A DNA stretch of 64,000 nt from Octopus sinensis (Eukaryota): the NCBI RefSeq assembly GCF_006345805.1, contig NC_043019.1, positions 17,669,360 through 17,733,359 on the forward strand, read 5' to 3'. Below the pieces are notes generated by a model. That model was not told where the DNA came from. It did no database searches and saw only the letters and a list, made by a program, of their open reading frames with translations. Every line of letters starts with the position of its first letter. The first letter of the stretch is position 1. A program made the position numbers and the translations under genes. Below, piece after piece: positions 36,424-49,074 of the stretch.

Positions 36424-36760
36424 GTGTTGTTGTTGCAGTTGGTAGTGGTGATGGTGGTGGTGGTGGTGGTTGTGGTGGTGGTGGTGGTGGTTGTGGTGGT
36501 GGTAGTTGTAGTTGTGGTGGTGGTGGTTGTGGTGGTGGTAGTGGTGGTTGTGGTGGTGGTGGTGGTGTTGGTTGTGGTGGTGGTGGTGGTGGTTGTGGTG
36601 GTGGTAGTTGTGGTGGTGGTTGTGGTGATGGTGGTGGTAGTGGTGGTTGTGGTGGTGGTGGTGATGGTGGTAGTGGTGGTAGTTGTGGTGGTGGTGTTGG
36701 TGTTGGTTGTGGTGGTGGTGGTGTTGGTGTTGGTGGTGATGGAGGTGGTGATGTTTATCA
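36424..36760. repeat. compound (GGT)/(GTT)/(GTA) trinucleotide microsatellite
   Basis: Produces the poly-Val/Thr/His ORFs in the track. Confidence 0.95.
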
Positions 36761-38051
36761 GAAAAGGTGCAGTGTGTACTAAGAGACGACTTCTGCCATA
36801 GTATATCAAAATAAGCGGTAACAACTGCTAACATTTTTAGTTTGATTCGTCACGAAGAAGAGATCAACATCCTGTGAGAAGCAGCAACTCGGGCAGGGGC
36901 AGAGAGACATCATCGCTACTCATAAACATCCACACACACACACACACACACACAAATATAGCCAAAACAACTCATACACACATACACACTCTCAGCACAC
37001 AAACACGCATAGAAACACCACTAAGAAATTCAGAAACATACACAGAGAGACACATAGACACATAGACACAAAGAACACACAAAAGCTCAAAGAGACACAA
37101 CACATACGCATATGCACCCACATACGCACACACACACACACACACAACTAAGTTTTGATAATTAACAAAGAAGACTCTTCACCATTAATATCAGAACCTT
37201 CCAAAGAATCAGTTGAAATATTTCCACCTTGAACCCAATGCAACACTCTGCCGCCTTACATTAATATCAATGATGCTGATGGTGATGATGAGGGGGATGA
37301 TCATTAAGAAAACAATAATGATGATGATGATGAAGTATTGGGTTTAACGCAACGTGCATTGGCGACTGAACAGTTCAGCTGAGAGACACTGAGGGACACT
37401 CCCAAGAACACAACACACCAGACAGAATTGCAGGCAGTGAAGGAATTACTGTTATACATTCAAGGTAGGCCTTATATATAAGTGTTAGTTTATTCTCTCT
37501 CTCTCTCTCTCCCTCTCTCTCTCTCTACTTCTCTCCCTATATATAAATTCTTCTTTTGTGCAGTCCATCATTTACAATGATGAGGGTCCCAGTTGTTTCA
37601 ATCAATGGAACGGCTGGCTCATGAAATTAACATACAATTAGCTGAGCACTCCAAATACACATGTACCCCTAAATGTACCCCTAACCTAGTTCTTAGCAGA
37701 TTCTTACACATATACCCCTAAATGTATTCTAACCAGTTCTTAGGAGAGAAGGTGGAGTGCTGACATTTTAGTCAAGTACTGGATGTGACAAGGCTGGCCC
37801 TTTGAAATACAAGCACAACTCCCTTTTGCCAGCTGAGTGGACTGGAGCAACGGGAAACAAAGTGTCTTGATCAAAGACATGATGTGCAGCCAGGAATCGA
37901 ACCTACAATCTTATGATCATGAGCCAAATATCCTAACCATACACACACACACACACACACACATGTTTATATATATAAATGTGACCTTGTGTGTACCGTT
38001 GGTGATTTTTTCCCCTCTGTCTTCCCTTCTCTGGATCTTTCCTTCTCCTAT

Positions 38052-38086
38052 GTTTCCGACGAAGAGCTCCGCTCGAAACGTTAAAC
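38052..38086 (+). ncRNA. 35-nt minimal type I hammerhead motif (C4 variant) in a (TA)n-ended pLTR-like fragment (about 37975-38190)
   Basis: GTTT-CCGACGA-A-GAGC TCC GCTC-GAA-ACGT-T-AAAC. Confidence 0.7.
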
Positions 38087-38484
38087 CCTCCTTCTTTCCT
38101 TCTATCCTGAGCGTCCAATAATACTATATTTGTTCCACGTCCTCGCGTTGTTGTGTTTTTTTTTTGTGCTTTCATGTTTGGATTAACTATATATATACAT
38201 ATATATATATATATATACAGGGAGTGATGGGTAAATTGTCGCTATTTTATATTTTTAATTTTGTGCATGTGCCTCGTTTATTTTTGATTTTGTCAACTAC
38301 ACAGTATAGTAGGGTCAGTTGGACACTGTCTGTGATGAGGGGGATGGTCATTAAGAAAACAATAATGATGAAGTATTGGGTTTAATGCAATCTGCATTGG
38401 CATCTGAACAGCTCAGCAGAGATACTGAGGGGCACTTCCAAGAACACACCACACCAGGCATAATTGCAGGCAGTAAAGGAATTA

Positions 38485-38790
38485 GTTTATTTCTGTGCCC
38501 TTTTCAAGCCTAGCCAGGCTCATGGGCCCGGTTTCCCGGTTTCTGTGTACCCCACAGCTGGATGGGACGCCAGTCCATCGCATCGTTACTCAAGAAACAG
38601 GAAAAGAGAGTGAGAGAAAAGTTGGAGTGAAAGAGTGCAACAGGGGTCACCACCACCCCCTGCCGGAGCCTCGTGGAGCTTTAGGTGTTTTCGCTCAATA
38701 AACACACACAACGTCTGGTCTGGGAATTGAAACCGCGATCCTCTGACCGCAAGTCTGCTGCCCTAACTACTGGGCCATTGCGCCTCCACA
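38485..38790 (-). mobile_element. SINE family C, tail type 5, with 14-bp TSD
   Basis: TSD CAGTAAAGGAATTA at 38471-38484 and 38791-38804. Confidence 0.9.
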
Positions 38791-39209
38791 CAGTAAAGGA
38801 ATTACTGCAATACTATAAAGGTAGGCATTATATATAATCGTTAATTTACTCTCTCTCTCTCTTTTGCTCTCCCTCCCTCTCTCCATTTATATAGATTCTT
38901 TTTTTATGCAGTCCATCATTTATGGTGAACATTTTACAAATATTCACTGCCTAACAAAAGATATATTACAGGAGCAAATGACCTTCTCTAGAAGCATTAA
39001 AAATACTAAAATATATACAAAACACTATTTCAGGAAAATTTTCTCTTCTCTATGGGCAAATGAAAGACAAATTTAGTTGGGGCAAAATGGGTAAGATAAA
39101 ATAAGGTAGAGTTGCTACTTCAATTCTCCTGAACTACATTTGAGAAAAGACTCATCAATATCTATCCTTAGACATCAGAAAGATAAGAAATACGACAAAA
39201 ATTTAAAAT

Positions 39210-39778
39210 ATAGGCGTAGGAGTGGCTGTGTAGTAAGTTAGCTTGCTTACGTACCACATGGTTCCGGGTTCAGCACCACTGCGTGGCACCTTGGGCAAGT
39301 GTTTTCTACTATAGCCTTAGGCCGACCAAAGCCTTGTGAGTGGATTTGATAGACGGAAACTGAAAGAAGCCCATAGCGTTTTTCAGATGGCCAGATAACC
39401 GAAGAGATGATGTTGTGGATTTCCACTTCGGCATCCGAAACTCAGAGTTTTATCTTGGCCATTGAATAATGGGAACATGTTAATTTACAGATATATATAT
39501 ATATCATCATCATCATCGTTTAGTGTCCGCTTTCCATACTGGCATGGGTTGGACAGTTCAACTGGGGTCTGGGAAGCCAGAAGGCTGCACCAGGCCCAGT
39601 CTGATCTGGCAATGTTTCTACGGCTGGATGCCCTTCATAATGACAACCACTCCATGAGTGTAGTGGGTGCTTTTTACGTGCCAGACGAGGCTGGCAAATA
39701 GCCACGGTCGGATGGTGCTTTTTAAGTGCCACCAGCATGGATATATATATATGTATGTGTGTGTGTGTGTGTGTATAC

Positions 39779-39820
<42 letters not shown>

Positions 39821-40015
39821 TTGTGTGTCTGTTTGTCCCTCCAACATCGCTTGACAACCGATGCTGGTGTGTTTATGTCCCTGTAACTTAACGGTTCAGC
39901 AAAAGAGACCGATAGAATAAGTACTAGGCATCCAAAAATCCCGGGGTCGATTTGCTCGACTAAAGGCGGTGCTCCAGCACGGCCACAGTCAAATGACTGA
40001 AACAAGTAAAAGAGT
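39210..40015 (+). mobile_element. SINE family A carrying nested inserts (hammerhead fragment 39385-39475; family F on minus 39503-39740)
   Basis: Family A head at 39210-39372, tail resumes at 39740-40015. Confidence 0.85.
39394..39454 (+). ncRNA. type I hammerhead motif (C4 variant)
   Basis: GGCCA-GATAA-CCGAAGA-GATG...CATC-C-GAA-ACTCAGAGT-T-TTATC-T-TGGCC. Confidence 0.65.
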
Positions 40016-40439
40016 ACCTAGGGCAAAGGAGAGAGAATTATGGAAAAGTGGTATGAGGTATGAAGTTAACAAAACACAAATCTAAAGTCAGCATAAAATA
40101 TTCTTTATAGCTTTTTCACAATCTGCTGGAGTGGCTCTGATATATCTCGGCACCATGCTGTTAAAGAGAAGAAATTATTGAAATTAATTAGCCATTACTC
40201 ATTTTGCGCCAGTTTAGACGTCATTTGTTGAAAATTGAAATTGATCAAATTAGTTATTAATGTGGATCAAAAAATTGACTTGAGATTCGACAGAGAAAAG
40301 AATTTTTATTGCTAAACACCAAACATTTTCCAGATATTTTATTAGCAACCTCAAATACAATCAGGTCAAATTTGAGGATAAATTTCTTTAAAAAAAATGT
40401 ACTTGTCACCTGACTATGTTTCCAATTCTCTCAATTACA

Positions 40440-40933
40440 ATCAGCAACAACATCCAGCAAAAGGACAGTTTGATGACTACCTGGATGCATCTGCAGTCCA
40501 AATATTGGCACCTCATAGATTACCAACAGGTGTGTAAGGAAAACCAAAATGACATTCGTCAAACTAGAGTGATGCCTTGTGCAGGATGCTACTCAGATCA
40601 TTATCTCGCCCACTGTAAACTCAGCCTCCACTTCAAGCTCAAGGCCAAAAGAGGTGCTCAAAGGAGGGGGCTCCAGGTGAGCATCCTGCAGTCAGCTGAA
40701 CTGAAAGTTAATTCCAGGTGGATTTCTAATAAAAAACTTGAAGATAGGCGCAGGAGTGGCTGTGTGGTAAGTAGCTTGCTTACCAACCACATGGTTCAGC
40801 GTTCAGTCCCACTGCGTGGTACCTTGGGCAAGTGTCTTCTACTATAACCTCAGGCTGACCAATGCCTTGTGAGTGGATTTGGTAAATGGAAACTGAAAGA
40901 AACCCGTTGTATATATGTATATATATATATATA

Positions 40934-40979
<46 letters not shown>

Positions 40980-41690
40980 TGTATATGTTTGTGTGTCCCC
41001 CCAACATCGCTTGACAACCGATGCTGGTGTGTTTACGTCCCTGTAACTTAGCGGTTCGGCAAAAGAGACCGACAGAATAAGTACTGGGCTTACAAAGAAT
41101 AAGTCTTGGGGTCAATTTGCTCAACTAAAGGTGGTGCTCCAGCATGGCCGCAGTCAAATGACTGAAACAAGGAAAAGAGAGTAAGAGTATCCTGCTTGAC
41201 TTTCAGATCCCTCCCTTGAAGTGATTTGGGAACTCCTGAAAACAGCCATTTTGCAAACCTCTGAAGGAGTATTGAGCTTCTCTACAAAAAAAAGAAGGAC
41301 TGGTTTGATGAAAATAACCAAGAAATCCAAAAACTACTAGCATAGAAGAGATCTCTGCCCCACCAGGATTACCTTGGTAACTGATATCGCTTTGTGAAGA
41401 AAGCAGCCTCCCATGTAAAATTTAAGAGATCAAAAATGAGTAGTGGATAAACTTGACCAAAAGAATTCAGCTTAGCATAGACCTACCAACTATAAGGGCT
41501 TCTACAAATCCCTAAAAGCTGTGTATGATCCATTGCATCAGCTCCAGTGTCTATTGAACAGTACAAACAAAAAGACAAGGCCTCCACCTTGAACTGGTGG
41601 TCAGAGCATTTTTAAACTCTTCAGTGCCAACCACTCAGTTCAAGATTCAGCAGTACTTTGCATCCCACAGTAGCCTTTCAAGTCTGGACT
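40440..41690 (+). mobile_element. RTE-clade LINE remnant (endonuclease end and linker) interrupted by SINE A (40746-41190)
   Basis: TTWMHLQSKYWHLIDY...SDHYLAHCKL and DWFDENNQEIQKLL. Confidence 0.8.
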
Positions 41691-41733
41691 TGGTAAAATT
41701 TCCTCCCTCGCAGATACAACTAAACCCATAGAG

Positions 41734-41930
41734 CAGTGCTTTTCAAACTTTTTGCTGGAGCGGAACCCCAAGGAAACATTCCACTGGCTCGAGGAACCCC
41801 TGTGCAATAATTTAATAGTCTTATGCACACATATCTGTACAGGAGAATTAAAAATTACTGCCAATTTTAGCAGTTTTGTAACTTCTTGCGGAACCCCTGG
41901 ACTGTACTGGCGGAACCCTAAGAAAAACTG
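41734..41930. mobile_element. hAT/Charlie-like MITE
   Basis: CAGTGCTTTTCAAAC start, internal GCGGAACCCC repeats, ...GAAAAACTG end. Confidence 0.6.
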
Positions 41931-42037
41931 ATAAGTGGAAAGGCAGCAGGAGTGAATAGAAGCCCAAAGGAGCCAAGCTTCCATAAGGGAACTTCGAAAC
42001 TCGAAGTAGCATGGAACCAAATCAAACTGTTTTAAAT

Positions 42038-42068
<31 letters not shown>

Positions 42069-42989
42069 AAGACAATAAGTGAGAGCTGGATATGCTCAAT
42101 ATTGAAAACACAGCTGTGCTCAGAAAGATTTAAACTTAAACCCCAAATTCATTGTTTCGGGCAAAGCGAATGCCATCAAGAATGGTCATAAGAGAAATTC
42201 AAATTGAGCTGATACGGAGGTAGAAAGGGAGATAAACACAGTTAGGATCAATACATGTATATTTGCATGCAGCACAAAAAAAAACACTGAATAAAAGTAA
42301 AGAATAGGATAAGAAAATATGTAATTTTATTCGAACTTGTCAGCTGTTTCAAGAAGTCTGGAGTTACATAATAATCACAATACTAATAAATTGCAAATGA
42401 AATGTGCAAAGAATCATGAATATGTAACAAGTAACCCGTCACGTGAAGATACAGTTAGTCCAGCTGCCCTCATCAAGAGAAGATTGGCTAATGTGGTTCA
42501 TACAGTAGAGCAAGCAGAAATAAACAGTTAAAGGAAGAGGAAGAGGAAGTAGAAAGAGATCAGGGCTGAGGGAAAGAGTAAAAAGGACAACTTCAAGATC
42601 ATATGAAGAAAGGGAGAAGGGTAGAAGAGAAGAAACAGAAGGTAGGAAAGAGAAGGGGGAGAAAATAAAGTTACACTCAGTCTAGCAAATGAAAACATCA
42701 CGGTTGGTAAAGATGTTAAGCAGACCATGAATCAGTTAGGAATGTCAGCTGGCCAGATAGAGAAGCAGGAAGAGATAAGCCTTGAGGTAAAGAAGCTGAG
42801 GTGGTGTAGAAGAGGATGAAAGTATGTTGAGAGAAAGCGAATGGTACTTACGCACTTGGATAAAAAGTAAAGAAATTTGGTCACAATTAGGAGAAATTAT
42901 AAAAACGTTACTTAATGAGAAAATATGGAATAAAACTTATGCTTACATCAAAAGATCATGTCAAAGAACCTATTATATATATATATAAG

Positions 42990-43990
42990 ACTAGTCAGTC
43001 CACCTGTGCATACCTTCCTTCTTGTGACACTTGTGAAGATCGGTTGAGGCAAGTGAAAATCAAAATCAAATCAAATCAAAATAGACAAAATAGATGAACA
43101 TCAATGGAATTGTATCTTGTGTACCAGTGCTGTGGCACACAAGAAATCCATCAGTGCTGTAGTCAGTGCGGTGGGCACATGACAAACACCATCCGATCGT
43201 GGCCGTTCGCCAGCCTCATCTAGCACCTGTGTCGGTGGCACATAAAAACACCATCCGAAGACCCGCGCAAGACTAGTCAGGCCAAACCCATGGCCCCTAC
43301 CTGGGACGTAGTCAGTCCACCTGCATACCTTCCTTCTGTGACACTTGTGAAGACCTGTTGAGGCAAGTGAAAATCAAAACAAATCAAAATAGATGAACAT
43401 CAATGGAATTTGTATCTTTGTGGTACCAGTGCCGGTGGCACGTGGCACATAAGAAAACCATCCGAACGTGGCCGTAGCCAGTACGCATCGACTGGCCTCC
43501 GTGCTGTGGGCACCGTAACAAGCACCATCCGATCGTGGCCGTTTGCCAGCCTCATCTGGCACCTGTGTCGGTGGCACATAAAAACACCATCCGAGCGTGG
43601 CCGTCTGCCAGCCTCGTCTGGCACCTGTGTCGGTGGCACATAAAAACACCATCGAGCGTGGCCATCTGCCAGCCTCGTCTGGCACCTGTGTCGGTGGACA
43701 TAAAAAAACCATCCAGCGTGGCCGTCTGCCAGCCTCGTCTGGCACCTGTGTCGGTGGCACATAAAAAACACCATCGAGCTGTGGCCATTTGCCAGCCTCG
43801 TCTGGCACCGGTGGCGGTGGCACATAAAATCACCCACTAACTCTCGGAGTGGTTGGCGTTAGGAAGGGCATCCAGCTGTAGAAACACTGCCAGATCTGAT
43901 GGACTGGTGCAGCTTTCGGGCTCCCCAGACCCCAGATGAACCGTCCAACCCATGCTAGCATGGAAAGCGGACGTTAATATGATGATGATA
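42990..43990 (+). mobile_element. repeat family F, long copy with a duplicated 5' block and an expanded ~60-bp internal tandem array
   Basis: About 7 units of CCATCCGAGCGTGGCCGTCTGCCAGCCTCGTCTGGCACCTGTGTCGGTGGCACATAAAAAACA, then the (GAT)n tail. Confidence 0.85.
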
Positions 43991-44056
43991 TATATATATA
44001 CATACATATATATATTAATTATATATATATATATATATATACATATATTATAATAT

Positions 44057-44087
<31 letters not shown>

Positions 44088-44130
44088 ATATATATTACAT
44101 ATAGTATATGTATAGATATTATTTATATAT

Positions 44131-44172
<42 letters not shown>

Positions 44173-44392
44173 CATATATGTATATATATATATAATTATA
44201 CATATATTATATATATATATATATATATATACATATATGTATATATATAGATATATATATATATACATATATATCTATTATATATATATATATATATGTA
44301 TAATATATATACTATATGTATATATATATATATTATATATATAAATATATCTATATAATATATATGTATATATATATATACATTATGTATAG

Positions 44393-44423
<31 letters not shown>

Positions 44424-44686
44424 CATATGTATATATATAATATATATACATATATATATCTATATATATATATATACATATATGTATATAAGATATATAT
44501 ATATAACATATATGTATATATATATATATATATGTATGTGTATTATATATATATATAATATATATATTATATATATACATATATGGTATATCTAATTATA
44601 TTATATATATATATATATAATACATTATGTATTATATATATACATATATGTATATATAATACATATATGATATATATTATATACAT

Positions 44687-44719
<33 letters not shown>

Positions 44720-44884
44720 CCATATATAGAATATAATATATATATATACATAGTATTATATATATATATATATATATCATTATACATATATATATAATAT
44801 ATACATATATATCATAAATAATAGAATTATATATATATACATATATATCATATATATACATAATATATATCTAATATATATATA

Positions 44885-44915
<31 letters not shown>

Positions 44916-45030
44916 CATTATAGATATATATATACATAATATATATATATCTATATTATATATAAGATATATACATATATATAATATATATATACATATA
45001 TATTTATATATTATATATATACATCTAATA

Positions 45031-45070
<40 letters not shown>

Positions 45071-45137
45071 ATATATACACATATATGTATATATATATAT
45101 AATCTATATATATATATTGTATATATATTCTATATAA

Positions 45138-45179
<42 letters not shown>

Positions 45180-45246
45180 TGTATATTATATATACATATA
45201 TATATATATATATACATATATGTATATATATATATACATATAATAT

Positions 45247-45288
<42 letters not shown>

Positions 45289-45866
45289 TGTATATATATA
45301 TATATCTATCTATATATATATACATATATGTATATTATATATATATATATAATATATATAACATATATGATATATATATATGTATATATATATATATACA
45401 TATATGTAATATTAACATATATATCTGTATATATATATATGTATAGATATATATATACATATATGTATAATAACATATATATATATATAGGTATATATAT
45501 TATGTATATATATATATACATATATGTATATATACATATATTATATATATATGTATATATATATATGTATATATATATATATAAATATATGTATATATAT
45601 ACATATATATATAATATATATATGTAATATATATGTAGATATATATATACATATATGTATATATCTACATATATTCATATTCTTATATATATATGTATAT
45701 ATATATATACATATATGTATATATATACATATATATATTATGTATATATATATATGTATATATATATATAGAATATAGTATATATATACATATATTATAT
45801 ATGTATATATATATATGTATATATATATATATACATATTGTATATATATACATATATATATATATA

Positions 45867-45912
<46 letters not shown>

Positions 45913-45931
45913 CTATATATATATATATATA
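43990..45931. repeat. about 1.9-kb interrupted (TA)n low-complexity tract
   Basis: Source of the IYIY/YMY ORFs. Consensus quality is probably poor here. Confidence 0.97.
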
Positions 45932-47100
45932 TTTGGAGAGTGGCTGCACAACTTCCTAAAAGACAGAAAACAGGCAGTTGTGAGCAATGGAGCCACCTCC
46001 AGGGAAACGCAAATAACAAGCGGTGTCCCACAGGGCACTGTCTTGGGGCCCACTGATGTTCATAGTGGCCCTTTCACATGCCTTCAGTTGCTACGATGAC
46101 CACCCTTGCTAGCTATGCAGATGACACAAAAGTCTCCCACGCAATACAAAACCCTGAAAATATTGCGCATCTGCAACATGAGCTGGACACAATATACAGG
46201 TGGGCTGAGGACAAACACATGCAGTTTAATGCAGGTAAGTTCCAGGCCCTGCGCTACTGGCACACAAAGGTAAATGACGTGAAGACTGGATACACTGGCC
46301 CAGGAAGAATTGCAATCCCTGAGTCAAAATCAGTGCGTGACCTGGGCATTGACATGAGCAATGATGCATCTTTCCAAATGCATATTGCTAATCTGGTGAT
46401 AAAATGCAGAGGACGCTAGCTGGATGGATTTCTCCGAACTTTCAGAACAAGAGAGAAGGAGACACTGATGGTCCTATGGAAAACATTTGTCCTCAGCCGC
46501 TTGGACTACTGCTCCCAACTTTGGTCACCACACAATATAAACAAACAGCAGAACTCGAAGCAACTCAGAGAAGCTACACAAAGAAAATCGTCTCAATGCA
46601 AAATGTCAGCTACTGGAAAGACTGACGGTATTAAATCTCTTCTCCCTGGAGCGGAGGCGGGAGAGATATGCAGTGATATACATCTGGAAAATCCTGGAGG
46701 GTCTTGTCCCAAACTTTGGCATTCAAAGTTACTCCAACCGCAGAACGGGCACCGCTGCGTGGTGCCAAGGATTCCACATCACCATCAAAATACAGGTCCA
46801 GATACTGCAACAGCTTGGTTTTCAGAGGACCACAGCTCTTTAACATCCTCCCTAAATGCCTGAGAGACTTACATGGTGTGGATGTGGGTTTCTTTAAAAC
46901 TAAACTGGATCTCTTCTTGTTGGGAGTCCCAGAGAACCTACCTCACGACAGGAGACACAGATGCGGGCAGCAGCATCGAACTCCCTTGTTGATCAAGTGC
47001 CACGTATCAGAGGTGGATTCACAAACTAGTGTAGCTCATTCAGCGGTGGTGCCCCAGCATGGCCGCGGCCTTCGGGCTAAAACATTTCTAAGGATTTAAG
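45932..47100 (+). mobile_element. 5'-truncated CR1-clade LINE (RT C-terminal half and 3' UTR)
   Basis: [13 protein letters not shown]...SGVPQGTVLGP, YADDTK, FVLSRLDYCSQLWSPH. 3' end GGTGCCCCAGCATGGCCGCGGCCTTCGGGCTAAAAC and (AAGGATTT)n. Confidence 0.92.
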
Positions 47101-47101
47101 G

Positions 47102-47159
<58 letters not shown>

Positions 47160-47235
47160 ATAATTATGTATATATAGTACGTTTAAATATTTGTGTGTGC
47201 AAGATTTTTATGTGAAGTCGTGTGTTGTGAAACAG

Positions 47236-48848
47236 ATATTGTTATATTTCGGAATGGTCATATTGCCAGTTTAGCCAATAAAAACACCACGCACTATATA
47301 TTTGGTGTTATTTTGCTTCAGTGATATTTATTTTTTACATTAATCTTAATCTTATTTCGGCCAAAGTTCTTTCGTCACACTCCTGTGACCGCATCAGTGG
47401 TCCTTTGTTTTCTTCTCACTTACTGTGTCTCTCCTTACTAACTGTCAGCCATTTTGTATTTCTATGTATGTCTTCTTTGCGCATGCTTATATCTCTATGT
47501 GCGTCTATGTTTATTTAGTGTGTGTGTGGGGGGGATGCCTGTAATATTTGTATCTTCTGGTTATATACATTCTTGTAATTTGTATTTTGTTTTTGTTGTT
47601 GTTGCTTTTGTTCTAATTTTGTTCGTGTGTTTACATCCACCCATTATTATCATTACATATGCTTGTATGTAGTTAACAACAATATAGTAATAATAATAAT
47701 AAATCTAATCGAAAAAAAAAAAAAAGAATATACCAGGTGGTGATATTAGTTAGACATGGCTGGGCCAATAATGGCCGAAAACTATCAAAGTATCAAAGTA
47801 TCAAAGTACATATACATATATATATATACATACATATACATATATATATATATACATATATACACAAATATACACATATACATATACATAATATACACAT
47901 ATACATATATATAGATATTCATTTCTATTTCTTTAATTACCTGTGTATTTATATGTTTGCAGGATCCACTATTGTCATATGTTGTGGTGTGCGCTATTGC
48001 TCCATTCTAGTTTTCTATTCAGGTAGGTTTATTTTCTATTATATGTGTAGCTTCTGTAATTTGTCTAATTGTTGCAACAATTAGACAAATTACAGAAGCT
48101 ACACATATAATAGAAAATAAACCTAGCCTGAATAGAAAACTAGAATGGAGAGCAATAGCGCACACCACAACATATGACAATAGTGGATCCTGCAAACATA
48201 ATAAATACACAGGTAATTAAAGAATAGAAATGAATATCTATATATATGTATATGTGTATATATATGTATATGTATATGTGTATATATGTGTGTATATATG
48301 TATATATATATATATGTATATGTATGTATATATATATATGTATATGTATATCTTTTTTTTTTTTTTTTTCGATTAGATTTATTATTATTATTACTAATAT
48401 TGTTGTTAATACTACATACAAGCATATGTAATGATAATAAGGGTGGATGTAACACACGAACAAAATTAGAACAAAAGCAACAAACAACAAAAACAAAATA
48501 CAAATTACAAGAATGTATATAACCAGAAGATACAAAAATAAAAGGCATCCCCCCACACACACACACTAAATAAACATAGACGCACATAGAGATATAAGCA
48601 TGCGCAAATGAAGACATACAATAGAAATACAAAATGGCTGACGTTAGTAAGGAGAGACACAAGTAAGTGAGAAGAAAAACCAAAGGACCACTGATGCGGT
48701 CACGGAGTGTGACGAAAGAACTTGCCGAAATAAGATTAAGATTAATGTAAAAAATAAATATCACTGAAGCAAAATAACACCAAATATATAGTGCGTGTGT
48801 TTTTATTGGCTAAACTGGCAATATGACCATTCCGAAATATAACAATAT
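47236..48848. repeat. about 1.6-kb zero-spacer palindrome of a pLTR-like element, centre 48074/48075
   Basis: Arms are reverse complements, differing mainly by small indels. Each arm has a hammerhead-like motif (47359-47403 on -, about 48685-48726 on +). Confidence 0.85.
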
Positions 48849-48879
48849 ATTATATATATATATATATATATATTATTAC

Positions 48880-48920
<41 letters not shown>

Positions 48921-48944
48921 TATATACATATATATATATATATA

Positions 48945-48983
<39 letters not shown>

Positions 48984-49000
48984 ATATATTATATAATATA

Positions 49001-49031
<31 letters not shown>

Positions 49032-49034
49032 TAT

Positions 49035-49065
<31 letters not shown>

Positions 49066-49074
49066 TAGAGAGAG

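Larger units (their letters stand above)
37285..38925 (+). repeat. ~300-bp direct repeat pair (37285-37585 and 38335-38925); the second copy is interrupted by SINE C
   Basis: GATGAGGGGGATGRTCATTAAGAAAACAATAATG...CAGTRAAGGAATTACTG...TGCAGTCCATCATTTA occurs twice. Confidence 0.8.

Noticed and set aside
36346-36834. poly-His/Thr/Val proteins
   Set aside because: Trinucleotide microsatellite read in three frames, with no splice or codon evidence.
43990-45931. IYIY/YMYI ORFs here and at 48140-48560 and 51513-51965
   Set aside because: Translations of (TA)n microsatellite.
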